A stretch of DNA of 64,000 nucleotides from a virus. Shown here piece after piece: positions 59,508 through 64,000 of the stretch. The stretch spans positions 1-64,000 of IMG/VR virus record IMGVR_UViG_3300014874_000001. One strand, given 5' to 3'. The stretch's first letter is position 1; the number at the start of each line of letters is the position of its first letter. The position numbers were made by a program, and so were the translations under genes. The notes beneath the pieces are model-generated. The model saw only the letters and a list, made by a program, of their open reading frames with translations. It was not told where the DNA came from and did no database searches.

Positions 59508-59692
59508 CCTCGATAACCTGCCCACCGCTTCCGATGAAGCTCGCGGGATACAAGCTCCACTATCGTCAGAACGAGGACGGCTCGTGGTATGTCTGGGCTA
59601 CGCACAAGGGCGTACTTCAGAGCGAGAGCGTCATGAACACGGCCGAAGCCTGGTACTCTTGGTGCTGGTTGTCGGCGAAGGGTTGGCGATGA
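59495..59692 (+). CDS. Hypothetical Trp-rich protein (65 aa)
   Basis: Track ORF. Confidence 0.5.
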   Translation: MAYVASITCPPLPMKLAGYKLHYRQNEDGSWYVWATHKGVLQSESVMNTAEAWYSWCWLSAKGWR

Positions 59693-59715
59693 AGAAATAG
59701 CGGGGAGAAGGGTCA

Positions 59716-59817
59716 ATGAAGAAGATCGGGAATGAGGACAAGAGTCGCGTCGGCGCCTGGCTCTTACTTGCTGCGGGCGTGATCGAGTTGATCATCCTGA
59801 TTTGGATATTTCGATAA
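59716..59817 (+). CDS. Possible 33-aa membrane peptide
   Basis: ATG 59716 after GGGGAGAAGGG. MKKIGNEDKSRVGAWLLLAAGVIELIILIWIFR. Confidence 0.35.
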   Translation: MKKIGNEDKSRVGAWLLLAAGVIELIILIWIFR

Positions 59818-59828
59818 GGAGAACAACA

Positions 59829-60020
59829 ATGAGTACTATATGGGTTTTAGTTCTGGTCTCTCTGGGAGGCGATTCCGCCGTTCGCATTGGCGGATACTCA
59901 ACCGAGGAAGCCTGCGTAGTCCAGGGAAAGGTTGCGATCGAACATATCAAACAGTCGGGGATTAACTTCTACACCAACTGGCGCTCGATCTGCGTACCGG
60001 TCGAGAACGTAACGCCGTGA
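59829..60020 (+). CDS. Small secreted/membrane protein (63 aa)
   Basis: ATG 59829 after AAGGAGA. MSTIWVLVLVSLGGDSA. Confidence 0.55.
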   Translation: MSTIWVLVLVSLGGDSAVRIGGYSTEEACVVQGKVAIEHIKQSGINFYTNWRSICVPVENVTP

Positions 60021-60229
60021 AATGCTTAGAGTGCGACGAGCGTGCGGCTAAGACGCAGCTGCGGGTCGATCCCCGCGATCCTCCGTTGGATACCAAGCCC
60101 TGTCTGTGTGTACCGTGCTATATCGCCGCGCTTGAATACATGGTCGAGGAGTTGATACAGTACGCAAAGGAACTTCAGTACATGGCCGATACTGAGAAGA
60201 AAGCTCAGAGGAAAGGGGTGAAGAGATGA
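60017..60229 (+). CDS. Small Cys-rich protein (70 aa)
   Basis: MKCLECDE...CLCVPC. Confidence 0.55.
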   Translation: MKCLECDERAAKTQLRVDPRDPPLDTKPCLCVPCYIAALEYMVEELIQYAKELQYMADTEKKAQRKGVKR

Positions 60230-60525
60230 AGGTATGGATCGTGATCTATCGCGCGGGCGCGGCCGACCGCGACGAAGGCGGGGTGGACGACGACGTGTTC
60301 GTCGTTGCCTACAAGAACATAAACAAGGCTCAGCTCGAATGCCGTGGCCACCTGAAGGAAATATACCAGGAGAGTCGCGACGGCGATGGAGACGAGCTAT
60401 CCACCGACGAGATCGAGTGGGCTGAAGTAACGGATAACAAGAACCGGGGACTTCGCAAGTTCTATGGCAGACCGAAAGCCGACGTAGAAGGCTGGTTCGA
60501 TCTGCTTCAAGTGGAAGTAGTGTAA
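60226..60525 (+). CDS. Hypothetical acidic protein (99 aa)
   Basis: Track ORF. ATGA overlap. Confidence 0.55.
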   Translation: MKVWIVIYRAGAADRDEGGVDDDVFVVAYKNINKAQLECRGHLKEIYQESRDGDGDELSTDEIEWAEVTDNKNRGLRKFYGRPKADVEGWFDLLQVEVV

Positions 60526-60532
60526 GAGCAAC

Positions 60533-60632
60533 GGGGATGGCGCTTGCCGACTACACGTTTCGGTTTGGCTCTCGTTCTGAGCTTGGCCGCACAGAACACC
60601 CGAGAGTCAATCGGTCGGCAGGCGACATCCCC
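60533..60632 (+). other. ~100-nt imperfect stem-loop (candidate RNase III site / structured leader / small RNA)
   Basis: Outer stem 60533-60551 pairs with 60614-60632 (19 positions, 1 mismatch, 1 G-U). Inner stems 60567-60574/60601-60608 and 60575-60579/60592-60596, with a 4-nt bulge. No U-run. The RBS AGGAGA follows directly. Confidence 0.55.
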
Positions 60633-60650
60633 ACCTAATCAGGAGATAGC

Positions 60651-60914
60651 ATGACCTCACTCGTCATAGCCCGAGCGCAGCTCAGAGAGATCAAGAAGAT
60701 TCTCAAGAACCGAGAGGAGCTGCTGACGTTCGATCGGATGGGAGCGCCTACGCTGCACCAACTAAGCGTCGGCGAGGTGGAACAGATCATGTTTCACCTC
60801 GAGGCCCTGGGGAAGGCACTTGGTACCGCGCCGATCGGGAATGCGAGGGGAGCGACGCTCAAGAAGAGTATCAGCCACACGATTCTCAATCAGCAACACA
60901 GGAGAAAGCAATGA
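60651..60914 (+). CDS. Hypothetical protein (87 aa)
   Basis: Track ORF. AGGAGA upstream. Confidence 0.6.
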   Translation: MTSLVIARAQLREIKKILKNREELLTFDRMGAPTLHQLSVGEVEQIMFHLEALGKALGTAPIGNARGATLKKSISHTILNQQHRRKQ

Positions 60915-61375
60915 CACCAGCACATCAGTGGTTAGCGATCGCGTTCTTTGTCGGAGTCGGCCTCATTCTCGGAGCGCTGGTCTTATGGAAGCGTACGATC
61001 TGGGCAAAGAAGAAGGACCTCAGTGGAGGGTTCCTGACCGAGCGGGAGTTGAACTCACGAATGGGACCGCCCCCCGATCTGCGTGAGAGGATGGGTCCTT
61101 CACCCGAGCTACTGCATGAGCGCTGGGAGGACTTCGAGCGCGCGAAGCGAACGCCGCGACGCGGACCGCTCGCTGTCGATCTAGCGCAAGAGCAGAAGCG
61201 CAGAGAGCGTGATCCACTCGACGAGAAGGGCTTCTATGGTCCCGGGGGACTCATGGGAGTCGGCGCGCTCGGGTCAATCGCGAACGAGCACGTGCATCAC
61301 TCGCCACCGGACTGCTCACCCTCCGACTCGGGATCGAGCGATAGCGGGAGCTGCGATTCGGGCGGTGGAGAATGA
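60911..61375 (+). CDS. Membrane-anchored protein with Ser/Asp/Gly-rich C-terminus
   Basis: WLAIAFFVGVGLILGALVLW TM segment. ATGA overlap. Confidence 0.55.
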   Translation: MTPAHQWLAIAFFVGVGLILGALVLWKRTIWAKKKDLSGGFLTERELNSRMGPPPDLRERMGPSPELLHERWEDFERAKRTPRRGPLAVDLAQEQKRRERDPLDEKGFYGPGGLMGVGALGSIANEHVHHSPPDCSPSDSGSSDSGSCDSGGGE

Positions 61376-62157
61376 AGACCGAAGTACTCGACCACGGCTA
61401 CATCCGTCTGGTATCGTATACGCAGCCAGTACCGGACGGGCTTGATAAGCATGGATGGGCCATGAGAGATCGGAGCTGGACGGGCGATCTGGAGATCGTA
61501 CGGGCTGCGCGCGTCTCGTACAACGCCGACTGGAGAAAGAACGACCTCAACCTCGGCCAGTCTTCCGACGAGAAGCTGATCGATTTCCTCTGGAGAAACA
61601 AGCATACCAGTCCGTTCGAGGCGATGACGTTCTCGTTCGAGGTGCAAGCTCCGATCTTCGTCTTTCGCCAGTGGCATCGGCATAGGACGCAGAGCTACAA
61701 CGAGGTCTCGGCTCGTTACACTGAGCTGCCCGAGCTGTTCTATGTTCCGGACGCAGACCAGGTACGGGCTCAATCGAAGTCGAACAAGCAGGGCCGAGAC
61801 GAGGAGCTGGACGGGAGGTCGGTGACTCTCTTTCGCCAACAGCTGACGGAGGAGTCGTCCTCGCAGTTTAACTCGTACCAGTTCTGGCTCGCCCAAGGCG
61901 TAGCAAGGGAGCTGGCGCGGCTCTACCTACCGGTGAACACGTACAGCCGGATGTACGCAAGCGCAAATCTCCTTAACTGGTTTCGGTTCCTAACCCTCCG
62001 CGCGGACCTACATGCCCAGTACGAGATCCGGGTCTACGCCGAGGCGATGGTCGCGATGCTAGCGAGCGTCTGTCCGATCGCGGTCACGGCCTTCCTCCGA
62101 TACAGATTCGACGTGACCGACGTAGACGCCGAGCGGGAGCGGAATACCGGGCTCTGA
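61372..62157 (+). CDS. thyX: Flavin-dependent thymidylate synthase ThyX
   Basis: FRQWHRHRTQSYNEVSARY (RHRxxSxxxxSxR ThyX motif), 261 aa. Confidence 0.9.
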   Translation: MKTEVLDHGYIRLVSYTQPVPDGLDKHGWAMRDRSWTGDLEIVRAARVSYNADWRKNDLNLGQSSDEKLIDFLWRNKHTSPFEAMTFSFEVQAPIFVFRQWHRHRTQSYNEVSARYTELPELFYVPDADQVRAQSKSNKQGRDEELDGRSVTLFRQQLTEESSSQFNSYQFWLAQGVARELARLYLPVNTYSRMYASANLLNWFRFLTLRADLHAQYEIRVYAEAMVAMLASVCPIAVTAFLRYRFDVTDVDAERERNTGL

Positions 62158-62226
62158 ATTCTGTCGAATTCACCACTTCACGGTCGGGCGCCGCGTCCGA
62201 GGCGAGACCTCTCGCGTCCGGACCCG

Positions 62227-62292
62227 TGAATAAGTACGAACCCAAAAACAGCAGCGACGGTATAATAAGAGGAACGGAGGATCGCCCCTCCG
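62227..62292 (+). promoter_or_regulatory. Candidate promoter: TGAAT-N29-TATAAT plus GC leader hairpin
   Basis: TGAAT 62227-62231, TATAAT 62261-62266, hairpin cggagg/cctccg 62275-62292, AAGGAGA, ATG 62320. Confidence 0.5.
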
Positions 62293-62319
62293 GTGAGATG
62301 GTAAACTAAGGAGACTGAG

Positions 62320-62529
62320 ATGGATAAGGTAGCAACTAGGTTACGGATGAGGGTATCGCAGACAGGACCAGACGGCCAGTTACATACAACCCCGGCCTTC
62401 CCGGTCCAAGCCGAAGCGACGATCGGTGACTTCATGGACATCGAGAAAAAGCTGAACAAGATCGCCGCCGATGGGACGACGTTCTCGCTAACCAGCTTCT
62501 GGGCTGAAGAGGAGAAGGTCGATGACTAA
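62320..62529 (+). CDS. Hypothetical protein (69 aa)
   Basis: Track ORF. Confidence 0.55.
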   Translation: MDKVATRLRMRVSQTGPDGQLHTTPAFPVQAEATIGDFMDIEKKLNKIAADGTTFSLTSFWAEEEKVDD

Positions 62530-62761
62530 GCGCAAGCTCGATCCGACGAGGATCGTCAAAACTGTTCAGCTCACCGAACAAGAGCAGCAAGCACTAGTCG
62601 GGCTCGTCACACAGATGCAGGAGCAAGCGGCGGCTCGGCCAGGAGGAACGGGAGAGCTGATCTTCTGGCAGGAGCTGTCCGATAAGATCATGTCCGAGGA
62701 GGAGGCAGCCGCCTTTCTCCAGCGGCTTGGATTCGAAATCGTGGAGAAGGCCGATGGCTAA
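62522..62761 (+). CDS. Hypothetical protein (79 aa)
   Basis: Track ORF. Confidence 0.55.
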   Translation: MTKRKLDPTRIVKTVQLTEQEQQALVGLVTQMQEQAAARPGGTGELIFWQELSDKIMSEEEAAAFLQRLGFEIVEKADG

Positions 62762-62969
62762 GAGCGAACATCGGACCAAGACGTACTTGGTAATCGATCT
62801 CAAGAACTGGGCTGCGAGCCTAGGTGAGCACGGGATCGGCTCGATCGACCCCGAGGTAGTCAAGGTTGAGTACTTCCGCGAGTCAAGCCTCGGCTGTACG
62901 CTCAAGGTAACGGATGCAACGGAGGGCACGCCCCGCTACTACGAGATACGAGTAAGGGAGCACACATGA
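62754..62969 (+). CDS. Hypothetical protein (71 aa)
   Basis: ATG 62754 after GGAGAAGG. In frame with track ORF 62727..62969. Confidence 0.5.
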   Translation: MAKSEHRTKTYLVIDLKNWAASLGEHGIGSIDPEVVKVEYFRESSLGCTLKVTDATEGTPRYYEIRVREHT

Positions 62970-63238
62970 CACCGCGAATCGGAAACGTTCTGCCAAACGG
63001 GGCGATCGTGATAGAGATCAAGGGCCGGGTCATCCTCGCTAAGAACAACTGCGGGACACGCGACGAGTACGTGACCTGGCGTTGGAACGGGACGGACCCA
63101 CAGTCTACGGTCTTCGGGCGCTACCGCGAGAAGCTCAGTGAGGCCGCAATCGACTTCGAGGAGCGCGTGCAGGCAGATCGGCCGCCGCTCGACGAGATGG
63201 ACGTCGAGAGGATCAGCGACAAGTGGAGGACGCGATGA
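62966..63238 (+). CDS. Hypothetical protein (90 aa)
   Basis: Track ORF. ATGA overlap. Confidence 0.55.
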   Translation: MTPRIGNVLPNGAIVIEIKGRVILAKNNCGTRDEYVTWRWNGTDPQSTVFGRYREKLSEAAIDFEERVQADRPPLDEMDVERISDKWRTR

Positions 63239-63456
63239 AAGTACATGAGCTACTGAATCTCCTCCTCCATCAGTCGGGGGATGCGGAGGTTCGGATCGGA
63301 GACACCCTGGAGGATGGCCCATACTCTCACGCGCGGGTCGCCTCGATCTCTCGGGGAGGGTCCGGAGATATCATCCTCTGCGGGAGTGACGACGAAGCCT
63401 GGATGAACGAGGATTCCCAATCCGTACTGGAGGTTCTATGGCCAGTAGAAAAGTGA
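63235..63456 (+). CDS. Hypothetical protein (73 aa)
   Basis: ATG 63235 (ATGA overlap, GGAGGA upstream). Confidence 0.55.
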   Translation: MKVHELLNLLLHQSGDAEVRIGDTLEDGPYSHARVASISRGGSGDIILCGSDDEAWMNEDSQSVLEVLWPVEK

Positions 63457-63785
63457 AAAAGGGCAGGCCGATCGTTCTCAAGAAGAAGAGGGTAAGTAAG
63501 CTGCCCGGTCCGATGGAACTCTTCCGGATTCTTCTCACGCCCGACCTGACTACTCGGATTGAGATACGCGCGATCCCCTCGCTGGATCCCGGAGCGATCG
63601 GGTGTATTCTCGCGGATATCACGGCCAACTTCGCGAGGCTCTACCACGAGTCGCTCGGGTGCACTGAGGAGGAGGCACAGAACCGAATCATCGAACTTTT
63701 CACAGCCGAGGTCGCGCATCCGACGGTCGAACATATTCACAGCTATGAGTACGAACAAGACAAAGGAGCAAAGCTCGATGGCTAA
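63438..63785 (+). CDS. Hypothetical protein (115 aa), basic N-terminus
   Basis: Track ORF. Confidence 0.55.
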   Translation: MASRKVKKGRPIVLKKKRVSKLPGPMELFRILLTPDLTTRIEIRAIPSLDPGAIGCILADITANFARLYHESLGCTEEEAQNRIIELFTAEVAHPTVEHIHSYEYEQDKGAKLDG

Positions 63786-63942
63786 GAAGGTCAAAAAGAT
63801 CGGGGCTCCGCCGCCGTACTACCCGAACCTAGTCGCCGACTGGCTGTACAAGGTCGATCCCATGACCCTGAAGGATGAGGCGCGATCGAACCTAATCAAC
63901 GCCTGCGGGTTCTTCGTTGCTCGCGTGGAGAAGCGGCGGTGA
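63778..63942 (+). CDS. Hypothetical protein (54 aa)
   Basis: ATG 63778 after AAGGAG. In frame with track ORF 63559..63942. Confidence 0.5.
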   Translation: MAKKVKKIGAPPPYYPNLVADWLYKVDPMTLKDEARSNLINACGFFVARVEKRR

Positions 63943-64000
63943 CCGCCCGCCGCATCATCAGGCTTAAGGCGCGTCCGCTACTGCGGGCGTTGAAGACCCT
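63939..64000 (+). CDS. Start of a further ORF running off the right edge
   Basis: GTG 63939 overlaps the upstream TGA (GTGA). MTARRIIRLKARPLLRALKT... Confidence 0.3.
   Translation, partial: MTARRIIRLKARPLLRALKT

Noticed and set aside
1-64000. CRISPR arrays, rRNA/tRNA genes, IS elements/transposases, integrase/excisionase or attachment sites.
   Set aside because: None were seen. There are no regularly spaced direct repeats, no recombinase-like ORFs, and no host-like flanking genes at either edge.

Overview
The window is almost entirely a tailed dsDNA phage genome segment. It looks podovirus-like: I see no tape-measure, sheath or tube gene, but four large internal-virion-type proteins. It is GC-rich (roughly 55-60% by eye), with no rRNA, tRNA, CRISPR array, transposase or integrase that I can see.

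Layout:
- (1) A prim-pol/helicase gene on the - strand runs off the left edge (1-1659).
- (2) A + strand block (1.8-17.9 kb) has a tightly coupled nucleotide-metabolism operon: Tmk-like kinase, all-alpha NTP pyrophosphohydrolase, two thymidylate-synthase-fold proteins, a deoxyribosyltransferase-like protein, a DHH phosphoesterase, a second P-loop kinase and dCMP deaminase. It is followed by a family-4 UDG::PolA fusion and a recombination/replication set (Cas4-like nuclease, Sak4-like ATPase, DUF669-like SSB with a giant acidic tract, SNF2 helicase, VRR-NUC).
- (3) A - strand block (54.9 to 17.9 kb) reads TerS, a 5-kb accessory island, TerL, portal, GroES-like protein, scaffold, decoration-like protein, major capsid, beta-helix protein, fibres, lysis cassette and internal virion proteins.
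- (4) A + strand block (55.4-64 kb) holds small early-type genes plus ThyX.

Most notable observations:
- A T4-like but extended pyrimidine-rewiring module. One TS-fold enzyme has Asp at the cytosine-specifying position, which suggests C5-modified cytosine in the DNA.
- A 58-aa CsrA homologue, hidden below the ORF-track cutoff, inside the accessory island.
- A bipartite promoter-like motif, TGAAT-N29/30-TATA(A/C)T, at four sites; three are followed by a 6-bp GC leader hairpin.
- A family of Lys-rich proteins sharing a C-terminal module, found in all three transcription blocks.
- A repeated [FY]-A-K-G-G-K-V module in the internal virion proteins.
- A ~100-nt imperfect stem-loop at 60533-60632.

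All functional calls rest on motif recognition from memory. No database search was run.
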